Source: an uncultured Solirubrobacterales bacterium (lineage in GTDB: Bacteria > Actinomycetota > Thermoleophilia > Solirubrobacterales > Solirubrobacteraceae). Taken from it: DNA of 64,000 nt. The first letter of the stretch is position 1; each line of letters opens with the position of its first letter. Below the pieces are notes generated by a model, which saw only the letters and a program-made list of their open reading frames with translations, was not told where the DNA came from and searched no databases. The stretch covers positions 37,946 to 101,945 of the forward strand of contig CAVUSE010000009.1 in NCBI GenBank assembly GCA_963744135.1. Reading direction: 5' to 3'. A program made the position numbers and the translations under genes. Of the stretch, positions 18,726 through 28,144 are shown in pieces.

Positions 18726-19676
18726 ATGGCTGTAGAGAGTTTGCGTCGGCGCCTCGCCGACCTGTTGGGATTTGAGGTCCCGCCCGCGCCCGACCCGCTC
18801 GTCCGCGCCGTACAGCGGCGAGGTGGATATGTCGAGCAGGTAGTCAGCTACACAGGAGATGAGGGCGATGTGCCAGCGCTGCTGCTGATGCCCGACCGCC
18901 CGTGCGGCGCGGGCGTGGTGGTGCATCATCAACACCACGCCCAGTGGCAGTTCGGCAAGTCAGAGGTAGCAGGACTTTGCGGAGACCCATGGCAGGCGTT
19001 CGGACCGGCGCTTGCTCGGCGAGGCGTGACGGTCATCGCCCATGACGCTGTCGGATTCGAGGACCGCAGGCCCGGGCCCCCTGGCACCGATGCTCGGGGG
19101 TCAGACGCAACCGACTACTTCACGACGATGTGCCACCGGCTCGTGCGGGGACGATCGCTGATGTGCACCGTCCTCGCCGATGCCGCCGCGGCGCACTCGG
19201 TGCTCGCAGGGTGCGACGGAGTCGAGGAGACTCGCATCGGGGCCGTCGGACACTCGATGGGCGGCGCCAGTGTTCTGTTGCACGCCGCCCTCGACCAGCG
19301 GATTGCGTTCGCCGTCGTCAGCGGCTCCGCGTGCACCTACCAGGACAGGATTGCCCATGGCGTCGGTATCGACTGTGCTCAGGCCATCCCCGGCTTGCTG
19401 GAGCTCGGGGACCTGGACGACATCGCCGGGCTGGTTGCACCTCGGCCGTTGCTGCTGTGCTCAGCCGAGGATGACAAGTACTCGCGTGATGCTCCTCGCA
19501 TCGCCCAAGCGGCCGAATGCGCTTACCGGCAGGCGGGAGCACCGCAGGCCCTCGAGCATTATCGCGCGCGTGGTGGGCATGCCCTCACCGAGGAGCGCTT
19601 CGACGCCATCATCGAATGGCTCTCCTCATTGATCGCGATGGCTTGGGGCGGAGCGTCGATGGGTCCTTGCTGGTAG
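18726..19676 (+). CDS. alpha/beta hydrolase (dienelactone hydrolase-like)
   Basis: GHSMG nucleophile elbow, APRPLL, D and GGH catalytic positions. Confidence 0.85.
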   Translation: MAVESLRRRLADLLGFEVPPAPDPLVRAVQRRGGYVEQVVSYTGDEGDVPALLLMPDRPCGAGVVVHHQHHAQWQFGKSEVAGLCGDPWQAFGPALARRGVTVIAHDAVGFEDRRPGPPGTDARGSDATDYFTTMCHRLVRGRSLMCTVLADAAAAHSVLAGCDGVEETRIGAVGHSMGGASVLLHAALDQRIAFAVVSGSACTYQDRIAHGVGIDCAQAIPGLLELGDLDDIAGLVAPRPLLLCSAEDDKYSRDAPRIAQAAECAYRQAGAPQALEHYRARGGHALTEERFDAIIEWLSSLIAMAWGGASMGPCW

Positions 19677-19765
19677 CTCGACTCGAGCTCGGTTGGCTCC
19701 ATTGTTGTCGACCGAGCGAAGTCGTGCCGACGAACCCGGCTGCTGCGTTGAGGGTTCTCCAGTCT

Positions 19766-20578
19766 TCACACTTTCGCGATAGGTCCCTCAATCTCGAGTA
19801 GACGGGCGATCAGCATGACGTTGTATTCAACGCCGTCCTCGGCATAATGCGCACGTCGATGACACGTTGGGCATAGGGCGATGACAGCGGCCGGGTGATC
19901 AGGCCCCCCGTCGGACAAGCGCCGCGTATGGTGTGGCTCGAGGTAGGGGCGACCAGCTCCCGTACGGAAGGGCGCGGGAGCGCGGCATCCCTCGCAGTTT
20001 CCGTTGGCACGTGCGAGCGTGTAAGCCCGGACCGCCGCGGAGCGGCGGTAGGCGTTGCGCTTTGCATCGGAGGGTCCCGCTGGCGCGGCGGGAGGTTGCA
20101 GGGCAGCCTCCCGTAGCTGCTGGAGCGACAGTCCGGCAACATCCGCATCCGCAAGGTTTTCGTCGAGCTCATCTTCCTCAAGCGGGGCAAGTTCGAATGC
20201 GATCGCCCTACGAGGCGAGTCCTCGACATCCGGCACATTCTCGACAAACCTGTATCCCGAGCAGATGAACTGACCGAGGTAGCGCAGGTGGGCCGGTGGG
20301 GTCTGCTCGAAAAGGTGGAGGTCGCGACCGTTTTGCGCATGATCGCGGATCGCACGATTGCCGCGGACAAACTCCATCGGCCCCCGCTGGCCTTCACCGT
20401 AGTAGAGAAAGGACCCATCAGGGCAGGCTTCATCCTGATAGCCGTAGGCTAGACCAGCCTTTCCCGTGATCAGGAAAATCAGTGGATGGCTGGCAGGCGT
20501 CACAATGCCGCCCTGTGGCTGGCCCCCAAAACGCGCCCGAAGGTCGCTTCGGCGGTAGATCTTTCCCAACTCGAACAC
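19766..20578 (-). CDS. SRA-like + HNH endonuclease (McrA-type modification-dependent restriction)
   Basis: N-terminal GGI..YGY.D..F.YYGEGQ.G.M...RGN; C-terminal CEGC..LEPHH..GGPD..LCPTCH. Confidence 0.88.
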   Translation of the reverse strand: MFELGKIYRRSDLRARFGGQPQGGIVTPASHPLIFLITGKAGLAYGYQDEACPDGSFLYYGEGQRGPMEFVRGNRAIRDHAQNGRDLHLFEQTPPAHLRYLGQFICSGYRFVENVPDVEDSPRRAIAFELAPLEEDELDENLADADVAGLSLQQLREAALQPPAAPAGPSDAKRNAYRRSAAVRAYTLARANGNCEGCRAPAPFRTGAGRPYLEPHHTRRLSDGGPDHPAAVIALCPTCHRRAHYAEDGVEYNVMLIARLLEIEGPIAKV

Positions 20579-20614
20579 AGTCCGAGTCTTTCATAGTTCG
20601 GAGTCATATATATC

Positions 20615-21439
20615 TCACGATTGCGCGGCACTCCGGCGGCGCGGAACCTCCGGCCGGCCGGACAGAGTCTCGCCGGTCTCGAGCAGCGTCTTGAGGCTCG
20701 CCAGGATCCGGGGCCAGCCGTTGCTGACGCTCTCCAGCATCTCGCTTCCCGCGTCGAAGTCGTCGTGGATGACGGTCAGCTTGACGCCATCCCCGACCGG
20801 CTCGATGTTGAAGCTCACCTTCGATCGCCGCTCGGCGGCCACCTTCGCGAAATACTCGTCGCTGAACCCGACCACCTTGGCGAACTCCGGCGTCACCGTC
20901 TGCCAGGTGTAGGCCAACCTGCGGTGGGGCTCGGACTCCAGCACCACCTGCGCGGGATCGGCGATCGTGACACCACCGTACTCCCAGGTCATAGGGGAGC
21001 CGGCCTCCCAATCCGATGTGAGGGTCGCCCCCCAGTAGCGTTGAGTGAACGTGGGATCCGTCAGCGCCTGCCAAAGCTGCTCGGGCGTGGTTTTGATGTA
21101 GGTCGTGTAGACGAACTCGGGCTTCTGCATCGTGGTTTCCTCCAGCGCTCTCTTGAGGTCCGCCAGCGCGCGCACGCGCTCGCGGCTGTATTGATTGATC
21201 CAGCGTTCGCTGATGGCGTTGATCGGCTCGGCGTTGAGGTAGTGCAGCTTCTCCCGACCCCGCCGGACCGTGGTCACCAACCTCGCGGCTTCAAGCACCG
21301 CCAAGTGCTTGCTGACCGACTGCCTCGTCATGTCGAGCTCACCGCACAGATCCCGCAGGCTCTGCCCGCTGCGAGCGTTCAAGCTGTCGAGCAGCCGGCG
21401 ACGGCCAGGGTCGGCCAGCGCCTTGAAGACCTCGTTCAT
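20615..21439 (-). CDS. ArsR/SmtB regulator fused to SRPBCC (AHSA1) domain
   Basis: FKALADPGRRRLL..SKHLAVLE; YIKTTPEQLWQALTDP..GWPRILASLKTLLETG. Confidence 0.92.
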   Translation of the reverse strand: MNEVFKALADPGRRRLLDSLNARSGQSLRDLCGELDMTRQSVSKHLAVLEAARLVTTVRRGREKLHYLNAEPINAISERWINQYSRERVRALADLKRALEETTMQKPEFVYTTYIKTTPEQLWQALTDPTFTQRYWGATLTSDWEAGSPMTWEYGGVTIADPAQVVLESEPHRRLAYTWQTVTPEFAKVVGFSDEYFAKVAAERRSKVSFNIEPVGDGVKLTVIHDDFDAGSEMLESVSNGWPRILASLKTLLETGETLSGRPEVPRRRSAAQS

Positions 21440-21460
21440 CCACCATCCTCGCTATGCCAG

Positions 21461-21514
21461 ATATGCAGCCATAAGGCTGCCTATACTATATGCAACTGGA
21501 CGGCTGCATGTCAA
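21461..21514 (-). promoter_or_regulatory. promoter TTGACA-N18-TATAGT overlapped by two ATGCAGCC-N4-GGCTGC-type dyads (likely ArsR operator)
   Basis: ATGCAGCCATAAGGCTGCCT and ATGCAACTGGACGGCTGCAT seen directly. Confidence 0.7.
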
Positions 21515-21626
21515 GGCCGCTCGTTTGCCAAGCGTGGACTCGGTCCGCTGACCCCCTCTGTCAAGATCCGTCAATGGTCACACTCGCGCCCTGACGCGCA
21601 TGCTGCTGCAGCCCAGTATCGTCGCG

Positions 21627-22124
21627 ATGATGGAAATCGACGAGGGTGCAGACGAGCGCGCGCTGGATTGGAACGCCCCCTCCCCCCGACTTCGGGTGCT
21701 GCGGCACTGCGAGGTGGCGGGCACCACCCTGGTGTCGCTGATCCTCGCGGCAGGCATCGCGATCGCCGCCGGCGCCGACACGGCCGCGGTGGTGGCGGCG
21801 CTCTGCGTGATCCTCGCCGGATCGATCGCCGACGTGGTGGCGGGGCGGCGTGTGCGTGCCTGGGGCTACGCCGAGCGGGCAGAGGACCTGCTGGTCAGGC
21901 GCGGTGTGATGTTCCGGCGGATGTCGGTCATCCCGTACGGGCGGATGCAGTACGTCGAGGTCACCGCCGGGCCCTTCGAGCGAGCGTTCGGCCTCGCCAC
22001 CGTGCAGATGCACACCGCCGCGGCCGCCAGCGACGCGCGCATCCCCGGGCTGCCCGCAGTCGAGGCAGCCCGCCTGCGCGACCAGCTGACCTCCCTGGGC
22101 GAGGCTCACGCGATGGGGCTGTGA
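21627..22124 (+). CDS. PH-domain (bPH_2, YdbS-like) membrane protein
   Basis: Two TM helices, then IPYGRMQYVEV..GPFERAFGLA..HTAA. Confidence 0.88.
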   Translation: MMEIDEGADERALDWNAPSPRLRVLRHCEVAGTTLVSLILAAGIAIAAGADTAAVVAALCVILAGSIADVVAGRRVRAWGYAERAEDLLVRRGVMFRRMSVIPYGRMQYVEVTAGPFERAFGLATVQMHTAAAASDARIPGLPAVEAARLRDQLTSLGEAHAMGL

Positions 22125-23530
22125 GCGCGCCGGCGGGCTCACCACCGTCAGCGAATGGGCTCCCCTCGCCGGACCCTCATCTGGCAGCTGGACTGGGGGG
22201 CGAGTGGCAGCGGCTGCATCCACTCTCACCACTCGTGAGGGCCGGACGAGGCGTGATCGCGATCGTCCTGGTTCTGCTGATTCCGGCGGCGCGTGGCAGC
22301 CAGCAGGGATCGCTGAGCAGCGATCTTGCCCATCTTGGTGTGCTCATCGTGGTGTTCGCGCTCGGGCTGATCTCCTGGCTGGTCACCCGGTGGCGCCTGG
22401 AGGGTGGGGTTCTGCGAGTGGAGAGCGGCCTGATCCGGAGGACCTCGGGGCGCTTCCCGCTGAGCCAGATCCAGGCGATCGACACCGTCCGCCCCGGTCT
22501 GGCGCGATTCTTCGGCCTGGCCGAGTTGCGGATCCGGTTGGCCAGCGGCAGCGGCAAGGCCGGCCGCCTGGCGTACCTGACCAACGCGGAGGCCGAAACG
22601 CTGCGAGACCGTCTGCTGGCCCTCAGTCATGGCATGGCCGAGGAGACGCCGCCAGCGCCGGAGCAGGCGCTCCTGACCGTCCCTCCCGGGCAGCTGTTCG
22701 CCTCCATCCTGCTGAGCGGCATCGGCTTGATGCTGGAGTTGGCGATCGTGGCGCTCGTCGCACTCGCCATCTTCGCACCGAGCGCCGCAGCGGCCGCGCT
22801 CAGCATCGGGGCCGTGGGCCTGATCTCGCTGGTGGTGGGCCCGTTCCGGCGCTTCAATGGCGACTACCGCCTCACGGTGGCCGACGCTGCCGACGGGGTG
22901 CGACTCCGTTCGGGCCTGGTGGAAACCTCGGCCGAGACGATCCCCCGGGGACGGATCCAGGCGATCCGGATGATCGAGCCCCTAGCGTGGAGGCCATTCG
23001 GATGGTGCCGGCTGGAGGTGGATGTCGCCAGTCAGAAGTCCAAGGGCCGCCAGGACCGCAACCAGGCCAAATCAGCTCGCGCTTTGCTTCCCGTGGGCAG
23101 CCACGCGCAGGCCGCCTTCCTGTTGGCCAGGGTCTTCCCCGACCTGCCCGAGGAGCGACTCCCTCCACCGGCCCGCGCCCGCTGGAAGTCACCGCTGCGC
23201 TTCCGACTCCTGTCGTGGGGGGCCAACGACCGCTACGCCATCACCACCAGCGGCCGGCTGCGGCGAGTGACCGACTGGGTGCCGCTGGCCAAGGTGCAGA
23301 GCATTCGTCTTGTGGAGGGCCCCATCCAGCGCCGCCTGCGCCTCTCGAGCATTCATCTCGACACGGCAGGGCGCAGGGTTCACGCTGTCCTGCGCGACCG
23401 GGATCGAGCAGAGGGGACACGGCTGCTGGAGGAGCTTCCCGAGCAGTGTCGCCGAGCCCGGAAGTTGGAGGACCGGAAGTTGGAGGACCGCCGCGAAGTC
23501 GGCCGGCTGTCTGATCCTGACGTTCCCTGA
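22121..23530 (+). CDS. multi-PH-domain (YdbT-like) membrane protein
   Basis: GTG overlaps the upstream stop; WQRLHPLS and three IQ-type bPH_2 repeats. Confidence 0.88.
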   Translation: MSAPAGSPPSANGLPSPDPHLAAGLGGEWQRLHPLSPLVRAGRGVIAIVLVLLIPAARGSQQGSLSSDLAHLGVLIVVFALGLISWLVTRWRLEGGVLRVESGLIRRTSGRFPLSQIQAIDTVRPGLARFFGLAELRIRLASGSGKAGRLAYLTNAEAETLRDRLLALSHGMAEETPPAPEQALLTVPPGQLFASILLSGIGLMLELAIVALVALAIFAPSAAAAALSIGAVGLISLVVGPFRRFNGDYRLTVADAADGVRLRSGLVETSAETIPRGRIQAIRMIEPLAWRPFGWCRLEVDVASQKSKGRQDRNQAKSARALLPVGSHAQAAFLLARVFPDLPEERLPPPARARWKSPLRFRLLSWGANDRYAITTSGRLRRVTDWVPLAKVQSIRLVEGPIQRRLRLSSIHLDTAGRRVHAVLRDRDRAEGTRLLEELPEQCRRARKLEDRKLEDRREVGRLSDPDVP

Positions 23531-23558
23531 GCGCGGCGGTCGATCTGGCAGAGCCCGC

Positions 23559-23885
23559 TCAGTCGAAGTCAGCGACCGAGTAAACCTCGCCCCGCTGCAG
23601 CACCGTCGGCACCGTCGACTGATCGGGCTCGCTCGGCACGTGGTGCACGGTGTAGGTGTCGCGGCCGAGCTGGAGGATCGCGGACACCGTCCGGCCGTCG
23701 ATCGCATCGGGCTCGCCCACGCACAGAAGGTGGTCGAGGCCCTGGCGTCGGCATTCGATCTGGCGTATGCGGCGGTCGCGCGAGACAGATCCCGTGCACG
23801 CCTCCGCCTGCTCTCGCAAAGAGCTGTAGTCGCGCTCGGCTGCTGCGTCGCCTGTCTGCGACGACGGTAGGAAGAAGCTTGTCAT
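23559..23885 (-). CDS. hypothetical protein
   Basis: 108-aa ORF coupled (TGATG) to the upstream small gene. Confidence 0.65.
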   Translation of the reverse strand: MTSFFLPSSQTGDAAAERDYSSLREQAEACTGSVSRDRRIRQIECRRQGLDHLLCVGEPDAIDGRTVSAILQLGRDTYTVHHVPSEPDQSTVPTVLQRGEVYSVADFD

Positions 23886-24061
23886 CAGCGCCGCTTGGAG
23901 CCGCCGCGCGGACGGCTGCCGGCCTCGCGCGGCGGATAGCGCTTGCGCTCGTCGGCGGTCATCTGCCTGATCACGAGCTTGCCCTGGGCGACCTGCTCGC
24001 GAATGTCCTCGAGCTTTTCGTCGTGCTTTTCCTGCTGGCGAATCTGCTGGGGACCTGGCAC
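23885..24061 (-). CDS. 58-aa basic protein not in the ORF track (MPGPQQIRQQEKHDEKLEDIREQVAQGKLVIRQMTADERKRYPPREAGSRPRGGSKRR)
   Basis: Manual translation; AGGAG RBS, GTG start, stop overlaps the next ATG. Confidence 0.7.
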   Translation of the reverse strand: MPGPQQIRQQEKHDEKLEDIREQVAQGKLVIRQMTADERKRYPPREAGSRPRGGSKRR

Positions 24062-24477
24062 GTGACCGCTCCTAATGGCCTGTACGACTTGGATTTGCGC
24101 GGACTACAGTAAGTGTGAATCTGCATTTACAGGTTAGCGCAACCATCCGCACATTCCGGCGGTCTGTCGGCTCAACCCTCCCAGCAGCGCGCGCGGCGCC
24201 GGTGGGTCAGGCGCACCGATCCACACGCCGGCACACAGAACTTCCCCTGCCGGCACACAGAACCTCCCCTTCGGGCGGGCCCCAACGAGACCCTCGCCCC
24301 GGATGTGGATTCCCGGCTGCACCGCCCGGCCCGGCGGCCTGCGTCTGCTAGCTTGGCGGCAGCGGCCGAGCCTTTTGGCCGCGAGGCAGCTCGCTTGAGT
24401 CCCGCTGAGGAGTGCGGTTCGGGTAGGCCAGAGCCTCCGAACCGTACGCGGCACAAGCGCCGCCAAAGGAGTCATTC

Positions 24478-25680
24478 ATGGAAAAGCAGTCCTTCGCCGA
24501 TCTCGGCGTCTCAAACACGGTCACCGCCGCGCTTGCGCGTCGCGGGATCCACGAGCCGTTCCCCGTCCAGCGCCTGGTCCTCGCCGACGTCCTCGCCGGG
24601 CACGACGTGCTCGTCAAGTCGCCCACCGGCTCGGGCAAGACGCTCGCCTTCGGGGTACCGCTCGCCGATCGCATCGGAGCCGGTGAACACGTGCCCGCGC
24701 GTCCCGCCGCACTCGTGCTGGCGCCCACCCGCGAGCTTGCCAGCCAGATCGTCGACGAGCTCGGCGACATCGTCCGCGCCTGCAACCTGCGTGTCACTGC
24801 CGTCTACGGTGGCGTAGGCCTCGCCAAGCAGGCGGCTCTGGCCGCTAAGTCGCACATCCTGGTCGCCACGCCTGGTCGCCTGGAGGACCTGCTGCAGCGC
24901 CGCGCCTTCACGCTCGCAGCAATCCGGATCCTCGTGCTCGACGAGGCCGACAGGATGCTCGACATGGGCTTCCGCCCGGCGATCGATCGCATCGTCGCCG
25001 CCTGCCCGGCGGAGCGCCAGACGCTGTTCTTCTCGGCAACCCTCGACGGCATCGCCGGCCGCGTGGCGGCGCGCTACACGAGGCGGCCGATCACCCACGA
25101 GCACGGTGAGCCGGGTCGCTACGAGACGGCCGACATCGAGCACCGCTTCGTCGCGATCCGCGAGAACGCCCGGTTGCAGACGCTGGTGGATGAGCTCGGC
25201 TGCGAGCGCGATCGCGCGCTGGTGTTCGTGCGCACCAAGCGAGGCGCCGACCGGCTCGTCAAACGGCTCGGCGACAGTGGCGTGGAGGCGCTCGCGATCC
25301 ACGGCAACAAGTCGCAGGGCCAACGCGAACGTGCCCTCGCCAGCTTCAGGTCGGGGCGGGTCGACACACTGGTGGCCACCGACGTAGCCGCCCGGGGCAT
25401 CGATGTCGACGGCATCTCGCACGTGATCAACTTCGACCCGCCGGACAACCACGACACCTACGTGCACCGGATCGGGCGCACCGGACGCGCCGGGCGCCAG
25501 GGCATCGGCATCACGCTCGTCGGCGCCGGTGAGCAGCACGAGATGCGCGAGCTCGCTCGCCGGCTCGGCCTCACGCACGGGCTCGGGGGCAACCACGAGC
25601 ATTCGGGCAGGCCGGCCGGCTCGGCCTCCCGCCAGCAGCGCTCGCGCCGGAGAAGGCGGACAGCTTCGGCCGTGTCTTAG
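24478..25680 (+). CDS. DEAD-box RNA helicase (RhlE-like)
   Basis: Q motif, SPTGSGKT, PTRELA, DEAD, SAT, ARGID, HRIGRTGR. Confidence 0.97.
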   Translation: MEKQSFADLGVSNTVTAALARRGIHEPFPVQRLVLADVLAGHDVLVKSPTGSGKTLAFGVPLADRIGAGEHVPARPAALVLAPTRELASQIVDELGDIVRACNLRVTAVYGGVGLAKQAALAAKSHILVATPGRLEDLLQRRAFTLAAIRILVLDEADRMLDMGFRPAIDRIVAACPAERQTLFFSATLDGIAGRVAARYTRRPITHEHGEPGRYETADIEHRFVAIRENARLQTLVDELGCERDRALVFVRTKRGADRLVKRLGDSGVEALAIHGNKSQGQRERALASFRSGRVDTLVATDVAARGIDVDGISHVINFDPPDNHDTYVHRIGRTGRAGRQGIGITLVGAGEQHEMRELARRLGLTHGLGGNHEHSGRPAGSASRQQRSRRRRRTASAVS

Positions 25681-25697
25681 GACCTTTTAGGACCCCC

Positions 25698-25843
25698 AAC
25701 CAAATGAGATCAAGTCTCATTCTCGTTTGGTTAGGGCCCAAAAAAAGAGAACATGGCGCGGACCGGTGATGGGTGGGGGATCAAACGGATTCATTGGAGG
25801 CCTATACCAAATGAGACAAAGTCTCATTATTTTGGTTAGGGCC
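25698..25843. repeat. two related AT-rich palindromic units (AATGAGAN5TCTCATT cores at 25703-25721 and 25810-25828)
   Basis: ACCAAATGAGATCAAGTCTCATTCTCGTTTGGTTAGGGCC and ACCAAATGAGACAAAGTCTCATTATTTTGGTTAGGGCC. Confidence 0.8.
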
Positions 25844-26022
25844 TCTCCAGGACCCATCCCGAAGCGGCGAGCCTGAATCCTTTTCGCGGCGGCAGACCTC
25901 CTATCTGCGTACGTTCACGCCGATCGAACAGGAGAATGCCACCGTGCCCACGCTCGTCTATCTCGCCATCGGAGCGGTCGCCGTCTGCGGCTGCCTCTTC
26001 TTCTTCACGCGAGCGCGCTCCC

Positions 26023-26595
26023 GTGACTGAGACGCACACCTGGCCCACCGAGCGGGTCGTCAGCGCCGCTCGGCAGGGCGACCCGCGTGCGATCGCCTCG
26101 CTGGTGCGCGGCTCGCACGCCCATGTGCAGCGCTTCGCTCACACGCTCTGCTCGACACCCGAGGATGCGGAGGACGCCGCGCAGGAGGCGTTGATCGTCC
26201 TCTACCGGAGGATCGGGACGCTGCGTGCCACCGCCGCACTGGCGTCGTGGATCTTTCAGATCGTGCGTCACGAGTGCATCCGCAGAGCGCGGGTCGCGTT
26301 GCACGGCCCGGCCTCCCCCGCTGTGACCGAGCCCTCCGCCGAAGACGCCGCCCTCGCCCGCCTGGAGCTCGAGCGGATCGTGGGCTCGATCGCGCAACTC
26401 CCTCCCGACCAGCGCGCCGTCCTCGTCCTGCGCGACATCCAAGGGCTGTCGGGAGCGGCCACGGCTCACGCGCTGGGACTCAGCCGAGCCGCGATGAAGT
26501 CACGTCTGCGCCGCGGACGCGAGACGCTCCGCTCGCAGCTTGGCAGGCCCAAGCACGTCGCCAGCCAAGGAGGCACCGGCAATGCCAGACCATAA
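26023..26595 (+). CDS. ECF RNA polymerase sigma factor
   Basis: DAEDAAQEA..SWIFQI region 2; LPPDQRAVLVLRD..MKSRL.RGR region 4. Confidence 0.92.
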   Translation: MTETHTWPTERVVSAARQGDPRAIASLVRGSHAHVQRFAHTLCSTPEDAEDAAQEALIVLYRRIGTLRATAALASWIFQIVRHECIRRARVALHGPASPAVTEPSAEDAALARLELERIVGSIAQLPPDQRAVLVLRDIQGLSGAATAHALGLSRAAMKSRLRRGRETLRSQLGRPKHVASQGGTGNARP

Positions 26596-26908
26596 TCGCG
26601 GCGCTCTCGCCAGCACCTCGATCGCTCGTCACCTCGCGCGTGGCGCGATCGGATTTGGGCTGATCGGGTTGGGGCTCGCGCTGACGCCGAGCGCCGGTCC
26701 CGTTGCGCTGTTGCTCGCGCCGCCCGGCATGGTCGCGTTGCGCGGCTGCCCCACCTGCTGGATCGCCGGGCTGATCCAAACGATCTCCGCCAGCCGCCTG
26801 CAGCGCAGCTGCAGCGACACCGGCTGCACGCTGCGCCGAGCCTCCACACCCGCAGCCACCACTGACCCATCCTGCGCCGCCACCCTCGCTGCCCCGCGGT
26901 CCTCCTGA
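26582..26908 (+). CDS. small membrane protein with CxxC (RGCPTCW); candidate anti-sigma or redox partner
   Basis: Overlaps the sigma gene end; TM segment plus Cys motifs. Confidence 0.65.
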   Translation: MPDHNRGALASTSIARHLARGAIGFGLIGLGLALTPSAGPVALLLAPPGMVALRGCPTCWIAGLIQTISASRLQRSCSDTGCTLRRASTPAATTDPSCAATLAAPRSS

Positions 26909-26953
26909 TGATGCCAGCGGCGGCGCCTCGCCACAGCGAGGCCCGATAGCCGC

Positions 26954-28057
26954 TCAGCCAACGGCTACGCAGCTGACCGCAAACCGTGCCCGGCAGCTCT
27001 CGCCGGGGGCAAGCAGGCGCAGATGATCGCCGCTGCGCAGCGCGTTGGCGGGCGCAGTCATCGGCTCGAAGCAGATGAACTCGCCAGGGCGCGGAGCGTA
27101 GACCTGCGCGCAGGGATAGCCCTCGAGCAGCTCGAGCTCGAGCCGCCGGCCGCCGGCCTCGGCCGCGAAGCGGGCGTGTGCGGGCACCGCCTCGAAGCCG
27201 TCGTCGAACTCGCGCTCGGCAAGCTCGAACTCCTGGCTGGTCAGCTCCTCGCCGGGGCCAGTTGGGATCTGGTGGTCGTCGAGCAAAAGGGTCCGCATCG
27301 CCGGCAGCTCCACCCACCAGCGCTCGCGGGGGGTGCCAGGTAGGGAGAGATAGGGGTGAAAGCCAAACGCGACGGGCACCGTGTCCTGCCCGCACGCGTG
27401 CACCGTCACCGCGATCTCCAGGCGTCCGCCCTCGAGGCTGGCCTCGTAGCGAAGGTCGTGACGGAACGGGAACACCTCGAACAGCTCACCGCGCGACTCG
27501 CTCCAGCTCAGCAGCGCCGTGAGCGCTTGAGCTTCAAGAGCGCTGGTCGGCGCCTGAGCCTCAGGGCCCCCGAGCCCGCTGGTCGGCGCCTGAGCCTCAA
27601 GACCCCCCAGCCCGCTGGTCGGCGCCTGAGCCTCAAGACCCCCCAGCCCGCTGACCGGAGTCCGAGCCTCAAGGCCCCCGAGGCCGCTGGTCGGCGTCTG
27701 TGCCTCGCTGCCGGGCCCGGCGATCTGCTCCCACGCCATCCGCCCACCGATCACCCCGTGGATCGGCAGGCCACGGTTGTCGAGCGCCACACGCGTAGTG
27801 TCGTGCGGTACCGCAACGCTGTGCCCGGCGACCGTGTAGTCGAAGGCCGCCAGCCGGTTGGCCCACGGGTAGAGCAGCGGAATGCCCATCGTCTTACCGC
27901 GCTCGACATACGCTGCCACGCCGCGGTTCTGCGCCAGCAGCTCCTCGCCGCGGTGGCGCAGCGAGCTGCACAGCATCCCCGCGCCCAGCAGGAACGTCGC
28001 CTCCAGCTGTGCCTGCTCGTCACGCAGCGTCACCGCCGTTGACTCGGCCGCACTCAT
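26954..28057 (-). CDS. aldose 1-epimerase family protein with an internal repeat insertion
   Basis: LYPWANR, IHG, FGFHPY, ICFEP motifs. Confidence 0.9.
   Translation of the reverse strand: MSAAESTAVTLRDEQAQLEATFLLGAGMLCSSLRHRGEELLAQNRGVAAYVERGKTMGIPLLYPWANRLAAFDYTVAGHSVAVPHDTTRVALDNRGLPIHGVIGGRMAWEQIAGPGSEAQTPTSGLGGLEARTPVSGLGGLEAQAPTSGLGGLEAQAPTSGLGGPEAQAPTSALEAQALTALLSWSESRGELFEVFPFRHDLRYEASLEGGRLEIAVTVHACGQDTVPVAFGFHPYLSLPGTPRERWWVELPAMRTLLLDDHQIPTGPGEELTSQEFELAEREFDDGFEAVPAHARFAAEAGGRRLELELLEGYPCAQVYAPRPGEFICFEPMTAPANALRSGDHLRLLAPGESCRARFAVSCVAVG
27541..27706. repeat. in-frame 36-bp tandem repeat, about 4.6 copies (SGLGGLEAQAPT)
   Basis: Seen directly in DNA and protein. Confidence 0.9.
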
Positions 28058-28144
28058 GGCCGCGAACCCGTCCAGGTGGCGCTCTGCCCGGGTCCCATCA
28101 TGCCCGCCCGGTACCCAACCGACTCCGCTCAGCCCCAGCCCCGC

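Noticed and set aside
20621..22120. N-terminal half of the 969-aa ORF
   Set aside because: Overlaps the ArsR-SRPBCC gene (antisense) and the first PH-domain gene; the real gene starts at 22121.
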